From Leptogorgia sarmentosa (Eukaryota): a DNA stretch of 64,000 bases. The notes below the pieces were generated by a model, which saw only the letters and a list, made by a program, of their open reading frames with translations, was not told where the DNA came from and ran no database searches. Shown here in pieces: positions 50,180 through 62,253 of this stretch. The translations under genes and the position numbers were made by a program. How positions within the stretch are numbered: the stretch's first letter is position 1; the number at the start of each line of letters is the position of its first letter. Location: positions 19,902,001 through 19,966,000 of the forward strand of contig OZ210885.1 of assembly GCA_964658305.1 (NCBI GenBank). Reading direction: 5' to 3'.

Positions 50180-51104
50180 TTAATATGTAAAATAGGAAAC
50201 AGTGGTGTATCGAATGGCCCTGCAACCCGATGAGCGTCAATTTCGTCTGCCACATATTTTCAATTACCCTTGGATGAGCTAATGCCGACGAACAATTAGT
50301 TTCGGCTGATTTAAGATGTATTTTATCCGCGTGACAACCCATGCGGAAACCTGTGCGCAGACCATTAGTGACAAATTGAACTTTAGACAATGTCCAACGT
50401 TCAAGTGTTGTTGGTGACAGACATTAAACAAAACGATATTCGGTGCAAAGTTCTGTTCAATCTTACAAAGATTCGATTGTTTACTATGAGCGCCGCTGGC
50501 GCGCGTTGTTTCCATGCTCGGGGGAACGATTTCTTTTCCCAAACTCGATGTGATTGTGTTCGAGTTCTTCCAGGTTTTCTGACATCTCAACAAATTCATG
50601 CAGCAGAATTCGTTTAACTATCCTGGTAGGAATTGGAGCCCTGCCAGGGCCCAGTATGAACACGCTCTCGGGACTGCAGTTTTGCGACGGTACAGAGGTT
50701 AAATGATTAGTAAGTTCGTTACTGTTTGACCCACCTAAAGCGGTGTTTACCAAGGCAATATCCTGTGACTGTAGCGCACTAGTCGAACCACTGTTAATAA
50801 ACAAAGGGGTGACAAGGGTACCTGAATTGTGCTGGAGCGAACTATCGCCTACCTGACCTTCTGTCCGAGCTTGCGAAGTCGTAGCCGTTTGTGTCGGGTT
50901 TCTCGGCGACCCTAGTTGCATGATTCGATCCGTTGGAGCATTGTATTGGCGTAGAGCTTGCGACACAACCGTTTGAAGACCGAGCATAAAATCCGGTGAC
51001 TGGGAAGCTGAAGCCCACGAAACCGCGAAGTTGGATTCATTGGTTGTTGGAGTAGATTGCGCTAGAAACGTAGACGTTTGCCCATGATCGCCAGTAGTGT
51101 CCAT
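50180..51104 (-). pseudogene. Ngaro/DIRS-type retrotransposon remnant (gag-like ORF plus start of the RT ORF)
   Basis: FILGPGRAPIPTRIVKRILLHEFVEM (gag-like), then FVTNGLRTGFRMG...NCSSALAHPRVI...VAGPF (pre-RT region). Confidence 0.55.
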
Positions 51105-53594
51105 GTTGTGGATGACTTTATTTCAAGTACGAAATAGCAAGAAAAACACTAACACGTAAAATTGAGACACAAGAAAAATTTTTTCTAACACGATTCGCCG
51201 CACAACGATAACTGATGCCAGGACTTTGCCGCTCTCGTATTACTTGTCCGCCTCGATCATGTGGGGTGATGATGCATCGAGGCCTGGTTTCCTAGCTGTT
51301 AACCTTGGTTATTGCATAACCTCATTTAACTTTAACTACGTTTTTATACAACCAGCCCCAGAAGATGTTCCATAATTAGGTGAAATTAGAGTTAAATCCA
51401 ATGTTACAAGCGAAGTACCCAACGAACTATTCGCGAAATAGACTTTGCCAAAGTTGTTTGCCAAAATATAGGTAACGTTAAACTCGAGTTCAAAAATATA
51501 AACAATTTCCATGAAATCGAACCTTTCCCTTTTGCAATTGAATCTGGTTCATATTTCTGCAGTTTATCATGCAGATTGTAACAATTCGTAATGAATCTCG
51601 CCAAAAAAGGTTGCATGTTTCCTGCATATTCAGTCAAAGTTGTTGTTTAAAGTCTTTAAAAAAATATTTGTTTTGTAGCCCTTGATCCACTTGAACAGCA
51701 GTATTCCTCTGTGAACAACTTCATGTAAGAAACAATGAAAACGAAGCCGTACAATCGCGGCAAATTTGAACATTTTGACATTGCGCAAAACACAAAACAA
51801 AGCTTTTTGGAGCTGCATTGAGTTGTGTACTTTTTAATATGTTATCATTATGTCAGAATTTTTGTCTTCTTATGATTTTAAGAAGTTCAGGGATCATTTT
51901 AAAATAAGTTATGAACACAGTCTCGATTACGTTAGAAAACAAATCACAAATGAAGAGGAATTATTCATCACAATTCACATCACGAATGAATGTTTGAAGA
52001 GCTGGTACGATTTTAAGTTCAAATCTGTTGATGCCAATCCAACATTTATTGACATTCTCAATGTATTTCTTGGTGAAAATTATGCCATTTTGATAAAAAA
52101 CGGTTGTACAAGAATAGAGGATCACATCAGACGGCTAACTTCGATGGTAAAATCAAGCTTCCGTGGGCTTCGTGGACATGCCTATATCACCTATGGCAAG
52201 CAAATCAAAAAGATTTCCATACGACGTACTGAAACTCAGTCAATTGGAGAAGTTGAACAAGAACTGCATGTCCAAGTTGAAAAAAACAGAACACTAGAGA
52301 AAGAAAATGAACGTCTGCGAGAACAGTGTGAAGAAACCTACCAAAACTTGCTTGAAGCTCTATTCGAGAAAAGAATCATGCAGAAGACAAAGCCGATAGC
52401 TTGCAAGTTGAGGTGGAGAAGCTTATGAAAACAAATGAGCACTTATATGAGTACGTACAGAAAGTGAAGGGATTTCAAAACCTGGAAAACAATTCAAAAA
52501 AATCGTGGAATTGAAAGATCGGCAGAAACGTCGTAAACTACAAGAACTGAAGTCAAAGGTAGAGAGGACGCTATGGTTTGCAGAGACTTTCGGCCTCACA
52601 TTGAATTTAGTGGAATTTCAATGGAATTTCAAGACCCAAGAAAAGCATTCAAATCCTACAGTGATCTTCCTCAGTCTATGCAAGACAAAATAAAGGAGAT
52701 CACTTTTATTACAGATAAATTTTGCATCAGTGAAGCAGCATATCATGAACTGACTTTGACCTCTGATGGAAAGGGCTTGCCCAGATCCTATTTGATCAGG
52801 CAATGCAAGAGCAAGCTGAATGAGTTGTGTAATATTACTCGAACACCAGGACACGCAGAGGGAGCACAACTGGATTTCATTAATGAGCTAAAAAATAAGG
52901 TAGGAGATATCATAAAACAAAGGTGGTGATAATGTTTGATAATGTAGGCATGGATGTGAAGACTATGTGTTAATTAAAGAACTTCCCTTAAAATTAAATG
53001 AGAGTAGCACCTGGACATTTTAAAAAGTGCCTTTGTTGCAGAAATACAAAGAGTCTGGTGTTATGGAAAAATGGCCATCTTTATGATTTAATTTCCATTT
53101 AAATTTACAATACCTTGCAGATAGATCCTGCTACAATCCCAAAAGATGGAAAGCTTAAAATAAAGGTAAGTGGGGATGGAGCACAAATGACACGACTGAC
53201 AAACTTCTTAATTATGTCATTTTCAATTGTTGAGAATGATGATGTCATGTCATCAAAGGGTAACAACGTTAATTTCAGTTATTATTAAATAGTCATTTTC
53301 CTCCCTAATTGAAGTCCTTTTAATTACTAAATAAATATGAGAAGAAATGCTTTGTCTTACCTATCAATGTAATTAATACCATAAAGGAATTACACAAGCA
53401 ACAATGCTTTCTTTTACTGTATTGTTAGGTAACCATACACTAGCTGTTATAAAAGGGAAGGAGAGTTATGAGATTCTAAAGGAATCATGTGCAGACTTGT
53501 TTAAACAAATTAACAACATAATCAAGAAGGGTTTCATCACAGTTGATGGAAGAGAGGTCCCCGATTGACATGTTCCTTGGGGGTGATTATAAAT

Positions 53595-56500
53595 CCCTGG
53601 GGGACCCAAAACTTCATTCAGTAGCGAAAAAAAAATTTTTTTAGCAAATACAGTTAGAAACAAGTATTTATGTGCAAAAATGTGAGTTTTGCAAATTTTT
53701 GGTAATTTGTTACAAATTTAGCAATTGGGTCATATACGACCCTTTGGGCCTTATGGTTGGCAGCTCGTTACATACAATAAACGCACTTATATTATTTCAC
53801 AACTGCTTTGATGTAGTTTATCAATTTAATAATATCAACTTCTTATAACTATTTATAAACATTCCATATGACGGTCTCAATGTTAACAATTTTATTGGCC
53901 CACTTTGTTTACAAATAATCATTTTAAATCAATAAACTATGAATGTCAACATGTCAAAAGTTATTGTCCATGGTAGGTTTTGTAACAATTTCGGCTCTCG
54001 TTAAAACATAGTGGTACATTACATTTTTCACAATATGTATTTGTCTTGATGGACTTACATACTGCACATCTACGTCTTTTCTCCCCTTTTTCTGGCCAAT
54101 GTCCAATTTGATCAAAACGGACATCTTCACATTTTTGAACTCGAACCAATTTAGGTGTCTTGGGTGAGGACTCTTGGTCTGATGGTCTACCACGCTTTCT
54201 GCTTGTCCCAACATCAGTCAACCCCTGTGCAACAGATGCTTGAAATTGGCATAGCTTCAGAACATTCTTTCCTTTAATTCCCAGCAGTTCACAATCACGC
54301 CTGTAGAGTAGCCATGCATTTATTACAGCAAGACTAACAAAATGCCAGAAAAGAATCATATACCATCGCCTGGATCTGAGTGTTGGTTTGCACTTAGCAA
54401 TGTGTGAGTCCATCATGTCGACACCACCCATATAAGTGTTGTACTCTTTGATGATATGCGGGCGATCAATTTGTGTATAATCCCTTTTACTTTTATCCCA
54501 GCGACGAGCTTTATCCAATGGGTCAACGCCACAACAGTTGGACATAACGGTGACTGCTTTTGTGTCAAGCCATCTAATGCGGATGATGTTTGTGTTAGAT
54601 TCCACTCGATAGTCATAGGATCCTCGACCCTTTTTGCTGAGGTCTTTCTCTGACAGGAGTTTGGATTTCAGTGGTTTGCCAAGAGTGTTTTGTCTTACTG
54701 TGCCAACATACAAAAATCCATCATTAGCCATTTTCTGTATCAGTTTGAAACTGGTAAAAAAATTGTCTGAGAAAATTTATAGTTGACATGTTTTTGGAGG
54801 GTGTCACACAAATTTATAACAGCCCTTGCTCCCACACCAAACTCTGTCTTTCCTTGATTTTCATTTTTTCCTTGATAAACTTGAAAGTCATGAAGCAATC
54901 CGCTTACCGAGCACCTGCACCATATCTTAAAGCCCCATGGGTGTGGTTTGCCTTTAATGTATTGCCGTATTCTGCTGAACTTTCCTTTATAAGGCACCAT
55001 CATCTCATCGACTGACTGTTGTTGAACTGACTTGAAGGCATTGTTGACGAAACATTTCCAAGAATGGTTGAATTTTCCACAGTCGATTTTTCTTGGCTTC
55101 ATCTGGGATGATCTGATTATCAACAAAATGAATTGTGCCCAAAAGAAGCTGGAATCGATTCCTACTCATGACATCTGCTATAGCTGGATACCTAGTTTCA
55201 TTTGCCCAATACATTTTGAGTGATGGCATTTGAACTAGGCCCATTTTATAGTATATTCCTAATACCTGCTCAAGTTCTTTCACATTAGGGTCATTTGCAA
55301 TTGTTCAAAAGTGCAGTACGAAGTTTATTACTGTCCAAATTTTTGTGTTAATATGTGGAGCGATGAACGAGACATTGAAGTGTGAATTATGCCAAAATTA
55401 AAAAATCAGTTAAAATGGCAACTTCCGCCGGTAACACTCACACAATGTCTTGAGTATATTTCCTAAAATACTTCATGTCATCTAGTGAAAATTCACACAA
55501 ATTCTAATTGTATTGTAATCTGAAAGTGTACTGAAAATCATCTAAATCTGTAGTGCTTGTGCGAGAAGTTTAGTCGACTTGGCGTGGAATGACCCATTAG
55601 TATTTGCAGATTTACCATGTTTTTGAACACTATATATGTTGCTTTGTTCCACAATAAGTTTTAACATGTCTTGTGTAAGAAAATGCTGGAAATATTTTAG
55701 TGGTGTTTCTGTTATACCAGTTGGGTCAGTAGCTGTTACCTCTGGTCCTTGAAAATGGTCATCAGGAGGCTCGAAATGTTTCTTGCGCCACCTATATCTT
55801 GCCTTTCCTCCCTGTTTTTGTGCAGTCAACCTGGTGGCAATAGGCACATCATAAATCGAATTACCACTACTACCATCATCACTTTCATGATCATATGTAT
55901 TGTCATTCAATAACAATTCCTGCTCATCATCGATTTCAACAGTCAAGTTACCAACTTGATCAGGTACATAATCATCATCATCAGATTCATCACTACCACC
56001 ACTCTGGCCAAAGTCACTGTCATCATTGTCAATAACCTCTAACACATCTTGAACTGAAAATAGTTCTCTGCTCTTAGACATCAACTAAACAAATATTTTT
56101 AAAATTAAATAATATACACATTGTAGTCTTTGAAAATATACTTATGGTCCAAAATACAGTATAAGGAATGATTATAAATAGAAATCAGTACACACACCAT
56201 ATATAAAATGACACATCAAGTATTCACTGGTACGATATGTAAAATGGGTCATAAATCCCGATGGGTCACATATGACCCCTTGATATTCAAACTAAGTTAG
56301 CTCACAAAAAATCACTACACATTTAACAAAAACGAGATTGAAACACTTACCAGGCAACAAATATTTGTTGTAATACTGCTAAACACTTTCACCTTTGCTG
56401 TAAAAGGAACACTATCGAATTGAAGACAACAACTTGGCAACAATTTTCCCATTCACAAAATCTGCCATCTTTGTAATGTGATTGTGTAGTTGTGTTGCAT

Positions 56501-56644
56501 AATCTCGGCACCAAACCTCCACGGTTTTACGGGTCATATATGGGACTTTGGGCTGTACAATTCATATTTTCTGTCTCACAATAAATTAACTACAGCGATG
56601 ATCTGATGTGGTGGGGTCATATATGACCCCAGGGGTCTCCCAGC
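53595..56644 (-). mobile_element. piggyBac transposon with a frameshifted PGBD-like transposase (53961-56084)
   Basis: Ends ccctgggggacc and ggtctcccagc, flanked by TAAA(T). Palindromic gggtcatatatgaccc subterminal motifs. Transposase motifs SVDEMMVPYKG, KPHPWGFK, YNTYMGGVDMMD and a C-terminal Cys-rich domain. Confidence 0.9.
55288..55595. mobile_element. 308-bp MITE (Sola-like) inside the piggyBac transposase
   Basis: TIR gggtcatt/aatgaccc with 4-bp TSD ATTA. Removing it restores the frame KSANTN-VKELEQVLG. Confidence 0.7.
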
Positions 56645-58972
56645 TAAATTTGTATTTTATTAGGTCTACATATACATATAGAGTAATGTAACATTATGCA
56701 TGCAATCTAATTTGTTCTTGGCACATTCATTAATTTTGCGTAGTTTCTCCTCCTAATACTTGGAATGAAGTGTGCCACCTCAGATCATTCCAGTATTTGG
56801 TGTACAGTACACAAGAGTCACAGGCAAGTTATGTATTCTTGTCGTTTTTTTTATATCCTCATGTTGCCAAACTTTCAAAAAAAGAGAATTCCCAATTGTT
56901 ACAAATGTATATATTTGAGTTGCATTTGTTGATGAACAGATTACCTGTATTCTTTGCTCATTCCCTACGTATGATATGTCCAAAGGAATGAATCATTATT
57001 GGGAAGAGCCTTTTGCCAGAACACTACAAACAATCAAGGACTGTGCAAAGAACAGTGTATGCCCTTACTAGACATACCACTAGAAAATGTAGTGTTGGAT
57101 GAGTTACACTTAATGCTTAGGATTACAGGCATGCATGCACTTTTTTGCTCAATTTTGTGGGGGGGGGGAGAGTCCATATCCTTAAATGGGATAAAGAATA
57201 TTTCTCCAATCATCAACTTAATTAACAGTGTGACAATGGGGGAAGGGATCCCCTTCCCATTGACTAACTCCTTCGCATGACACTGGCCATTATTGAAACT
57301 GTGTTTGTGTAGATGTCTTAATTAACAACTTGGTGATGGATGCCATAGCATGGGACCACAAAGACAACCTAGATAAACCACCTCGGTTGAGAGCAAATCT
57401 GCATCTTGATGGTCTTATAGCTGTAATCAACGAATGTGGCGTCACTTTCAGCGTATGGGAGGGAAAATGCAAACGGTGCTGGAAGTGGTACATATGATTT
57501 TACAAGTTTAATGGGTTGTGCCAAGAAAGTACTCCTAAAAAAATTACCATCGAAGTTAAAAGATATTATTAGGCTAGAAACAAGTGAAACTGTGATAAAT
57601 CTGTGGAAGGTGATAACCTTTTATGTTTTATAAATTATTAGCATGTACAATAATGCCATGTGTGGGTACATAATACAATATACTCATATTTTCCAATTAA
57701 AGCATTATTTCAAATATTCTATTCCTTCGACAGGATTTCTCAGATCTTTATGAAATGCTCGCTGAAAGTGACCCCTCAGATGACTATGTCAATGATTATT
57801 TTAGTAAGGTGAAGTTGATAATAAACATCTCATGACTTAGGAAATTATATGCACAAAAAGATACAGTAAGTTATGTAAATAAGTGTCTAGGTATTACATT
57901 TAAGTACATCTAGGAATCATGAATTAGTATAAACTCCATTAAGCTGAGCATTCCCAAGTGGGAATGGATTAAAGCATTAATGTAATAAAATACCTATTAC
58001 CATTGTGCTGTTAATCAGTCAGACATTGGATGCATGCAGTCATCATTCTTATTTCATTGTTTTTTTTAATTACAAAGGCTAACACATGGGTATCTTTGTT
58101 TACATCTCTTGGTGGAATCAGTCAAGGTTATAAGAAAGCCAACGTTCCATGATTCATGGCCAAACATCAAGGTATCAAGAAGTTTACTGGTCAGGGTAAG
58201 CAATATTTAAACATTAATTGCCATAGAATTTGTCAGTCAATATTTCTAGACAGGTTTGTTGGGTATGTTTTATAATACTGTAATAAAAGCCTCAAATTAG
58301 ACAATAAATTCTCAAGTTCATGACAAATATTCTCATGCTTTTCTATAGGGGTTGAAAAAAATAATGGTGATATCAGGCGCATACACCTTCAAAAATCTAA
58401 TAAATGGGATGCTGCAAAGGATGTCCTGTTGGTGAGCAAAAGGCTTGAAGCTCTTTCTGATCTTGATCGAAAGCGAAGAACATACCTGAAACGTAATTCA
58501 GAATACTGGGAAAGTGGCATTAAGGAGAAACGTGCTGCCAAAAGGGAGAATATCAGGAATGAAATTGAAAGAAATAATGCTGAAAATATAGGAAATCCTA
58601 TTGCTAACATGACTGCTGGAGAGATAAAATCAAAACTAAATGATTTGGGAATCAAGACAAGATTACGAAGCATTAAAAGACTTCTTACAGATGTCTTATC
58701 TGCATCACTTGAACTAATGAACTTATATATATATATATATATATATATAGATAAGTGTAGTGGTAGAAACTATCGTTGTGATAGAAACTAACGCGTACAA
58801 AATCGTATAGATAGAGTGCTCAATGCATAAGCAGAGCGATATAACAGAAATAAAAAACACAAGTTACTTCATCAAATTTTTATTCACATATTTATACTGT
58901 ATATATATATTTATACAATACAGGAGATGTAAATATATTTTCCCGAAAACACCATTAGTACATGTTTACCAA

Positions 58973-59175
58973 CTATGTATGCAAGTTGTTCAAATTACAT
59001 GGTTGTTTTACCACAGTAACACAAACTTTCTCTAAAGGCAATCTTTTTCCTGTAACTAGCTTGCCATCATCTTGAATGTAATGTCGAGTTGACCAGGACA
59101 ATACAGGTTTTATTTTGATGGGGAAATGTACGGCAAATCCTTCCCCATGTTCATTCAGGAAATACCACTGGTTTT
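58973..59175 (-). pseudogene. C-terminal remnant of the partner gene convergent with RAG1-like copy 2
   Basis: QWYFLNEHGEGFAVHFPIKIKPVLSWSTRHYIQDDGKLVTGKRLPLEKVCVTVVKQPCNLNNLHT* aligns with the 3295-3500 protein. Confidence 0.8.
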
Positions 59176-59238
59176 CATATATTGTAATTCACATCCATAG
59201 TTTCTGCGCTTTTTGGCATGAGTTTTTGATCTTGCAAG

Positions 59239-60790
59239 ATGGCTGCTTTGAATAGAAGGTTATTGCTACAAAAAAAACTGCTATTGATTATTGCCCTTTG
59301 GTGAAAAGAAGAAAACTGCTAAAACAGAAAAAATATAAAAGAAAGCGGTTCTGGGTGAGGAAAATCTTTGAAAGAAGAGAGGAATTAGGACAATTCCACA
59401 GTTTAATCAATGAACTTAATCTTTTCGATCAGGAGTACTATTTCAGGTAATTTATTTATTTACTTTTTTATTTAAAATTAAGTATTTTATTATTTATCTA
59501 AGTACTCTCCAATTTGTTAGTAAGTATATAACTTGCTTCACACAGTCCACAGTTTGCTTGATTAATACTCGACTAAATTCTGAACTTTTCTTTCATATTT
59601 GTTTTAAGATTCCTTCGAATGAGTCCTGATCGTTTTGAGAATTTCCTGCAACTTGTGGGTCCCTATATTGTAAAACAACGTTGCAGAAGTTGAGAAACGA
59701 TCACACCAGCCGAACGGCTTACAATAACCTTAAGATATTTAGCATCTGGAGACTCACAGCAGTCGCAATCGTTTAATTTTCGTGTCGGAAGAACAACAGT
59801 GTGCAACATAATACATGAGACATGTAAAGGTATTTGGCACACCCTCAATACAACTTACCTTAAACCACCCAGGACACAGGAAGATTGGAAGAAGATAGCA
59901 AATGAGTTCTTCACAGAATGGAACTTACCAAATTTCCAGGGGGCCTTTCGATGGAAAGCACATAGCTATAGAGTGCCCAGGATACAGTGGATCACAATAT
60001 TGTAAAAAACTTCATGTTATTGTTTATATTAGATGGTGGGTTTAGGGCCACTCGAGTAGACAGCCTGTGCGCGGGTGAAGAGAATCGGGGGGGATAAGAG
60101 TAGCTGAGTGTTTTAGAACGGTGTGAACAGTGAAGTAGCCAAGTTGAGTTGTTGAATAAAAGTATAAAATCGTGAGTTGTGAGATTTTTTAAGGAGACGT
60201 AACACCTCAGTGTGCGACGTTTTCGACAATATTTTAACTATAAACACTTTTTCAGCATTGTTTTAATGGCAATGTGTGATGCAAATTACTGCTTCACACT
60301 TGTCGATGTGGGAAATTACGGAAAAGATAATGATGCTCACATTTTCAACGAATTTGATATGGGAAAGGCTTTCCTTGCAAAACAAATGAACATCCCATCC
60401 CAACAGAAGTGGACAAACACTACCTTCCATATGTGATAGTTTCAGACGAAATTTTGGCTTCAAAGATGGCTAATAAAGCCCTATCCTGGAAAGGGTCTTG
60501 ATGAACAGCAAGCTGTTTTTAATTACAGGTTAAGTCGCTGTCGAAGGACAATAGAAATCTGTTTTGGTATTTTATCAGCAAGATGGCATATTTTCAGAAG
60601 GCCTATAAAAGCTGCACCAGAAACAGTTGATGGTATAGTGAAAGCATGCTTATGCCTGCACAATTACTTACGGCTAACAGAAAATGCACAATATATTCCA
60701 ACAGGTTTTTCGATTCAGAAGATTCATCAGGAAACATTAATCCTGGTGACTGGAGAAATATGGTCCAGGATGAAGAAGGTGCATTCAAAT
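59239..60790 (+). pseudogene. Second Harbinger (ALP1/HARBI1-like) transposase, decayed
   Basis: RFWVRKIF, FLRMS, AERLTITLRYLASGDS, DGKHIAI, YFNYKHFFSIVLMAMCDANYCF, FNYRLSRCRRTIE and ACLCLHNYL. Confidence 0.88.
60001..60228 (+). mobile_element. Solo LTR (Gypsy-like)
   Basis: TG...CA ends with an imperfect IR (tgtaaaaaac/gttttcgaca), a 4-bp TSD ATAT and an internal AATAAA. Removing it restores GSQYFNYK. Confidence 0.75.
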
Positions 60791-62253
60791 AGTGAGGCGG
60801 ATATGTGCAAAATATTAGGTGAATAGTTCCCGGTCAGGTTAAAAGCTCCAGATTTTCACAATGAACGTAGTTTTACATGTTCAATACATATCTCAAGTGG
60901 GGCCATCTCAATCTTGCTGCAGACTCTTGATTTGTTTGTTTCTTTAAAATGGCGGCTACATAAACCGGAAGTAGGCATTATTATACCGGAAGTGCTATGA
61001 TTTTGCGTTGGAAACACTGAAAAAGCACAAGGGAACATTTTTGCAGCTGTTGTCAGGTAAGATGTTAATATTTTAGTGCATTCATCAGTTTCAATTTACC
61101 TGGAAATAAGCAAACTTGCAAAGTTCATGAGTATCTGTGCCTTACAATTTGTTTTTGTTTTGTTTTGAATTCTACCTTTCTTAGTTTCTACGAGTGCGAA
61201 TTACTCATTGAATGATTTAACGGAAAAAAATTAAAATGACCAGATATTAACAGATATAGATATTTTAAAGTTATTGGGCAGCAGCTAGAATTTCCAATCA
61301 AACAAATTCATATTGTTGTACATGTACTTCATGATAACAAAAACAACTATTATTTCTTAATCAGTTTTAATTATGTAATTATGCGTGATAAGCATTTTTC
61401 GAACAACCATAACAACTCAAAATGAACTGAATAATGGAAAACAATGATCATAATACACCACAAATAGTGTCCTCAAGACAAGAATGACTACTGAAAATAG
61501 TCAAAAATAGCAGAAAAACAATAGTCTTTTGACAGAAAAACAATCCTAAAGAACAACATTAATGCCTCATAGTCGTTTTGTAAGATGTTATCTCACAACA
61601 TTTATGTGTGTTTTGTGTTTGAAAGTAAAAAATAAGGCTTCAGGCGTTGTTTGTGACATCTTTTTTAATCATTTTTACAATATTTTGTTGTTCCACAAGC
61701 CCAGGCGCCATATTGGCCGAGCGAAAAAGGCCTGGGGCGAGTACTATCGTAATCGTATATACGTAGTAATAGTTTTTCAAATTTTCCTTGGTTTTTAAAC
61801 TACGAAGCTACTAATTTTCCATATTAATGATTCAGAGAAGGGCGGTGACAATCCAAAAAATGAACTCGCTAAATAAGCAGTCATTATAAAGTCCTAACAC
61901 TGTATTATTAATAACGTACATGAACTTTCCTCAATAGTCAAATATAAATCAATTATATATTCTATTTCTCTTCCATAGGTTTTGATGAAAAACGGCAATA
62001 AAACAAATTGTTCTGACATTCGGGACACTCAATATCCAAGTTCATTGTCGTTCTATCTAAGTGTTGCTTTTTTTTGTATCGAGGCGTGAGCGAACATGCA
62101 AGTGAGTCGGCCAGTAGCGTAGCAATTAGATAGATTTTGAGATCATATCGAAACCATCAAGAGATTCACGAAAGGTCTATATATAACTGTGAATATTTTA
62201 TTCACAAATTCTGATTTCGAGATAAAATCTAATTTTCAGCTAGTAATGGCAAG

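Larger units (their letters stand above)
30550..51358. mobile_element. PIF/Harbinger element shell expanded by nested insertions
   Basis: TIRs gggccggttgtataaa (30550) and tttatacaaccagccc (51358), with gttaact-rich subterminal repeats at 30570-30665, 48540-48715 and 51298-51345. Convergent transposase and Myb/SANT gene remnants lie between them. The flanks are CTG and CAG, which are not identical. Confidence 0.55.
51850..58720 (+). pseudogene. RAG1-core/Transib-like DDE transposase (copy 2), multi-exon, frameshifted and split by piggyBac
   Basis: Exons give KIKVSGDGAQM (53121-53259), GNHTLAVIKGKESYE...MFLGGDYK (53429-53593), FLLLILGMKCATSDHSSIWC (56744-56823), LDELHLMLRIT, YDFTSLMG and KFTGQ/GVEKNN...LQKSNKWDA. 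Collinear with copy 1. Confidence 0.75.

Noticed and set aside
51404..51818. Possible third gene divergent from RAG1-like copy 2
   Set aside because: Short broken ORFs with no recognisable motif, and no equivalent region is available for copy 1.
61700..61746. Academ-like terminus (cctggggcgagtacta; a similar motif at 48778-48793)
   Set aside because: No partner end or TSD was found, and the orientation does not fit the AcademX ORF to its right.
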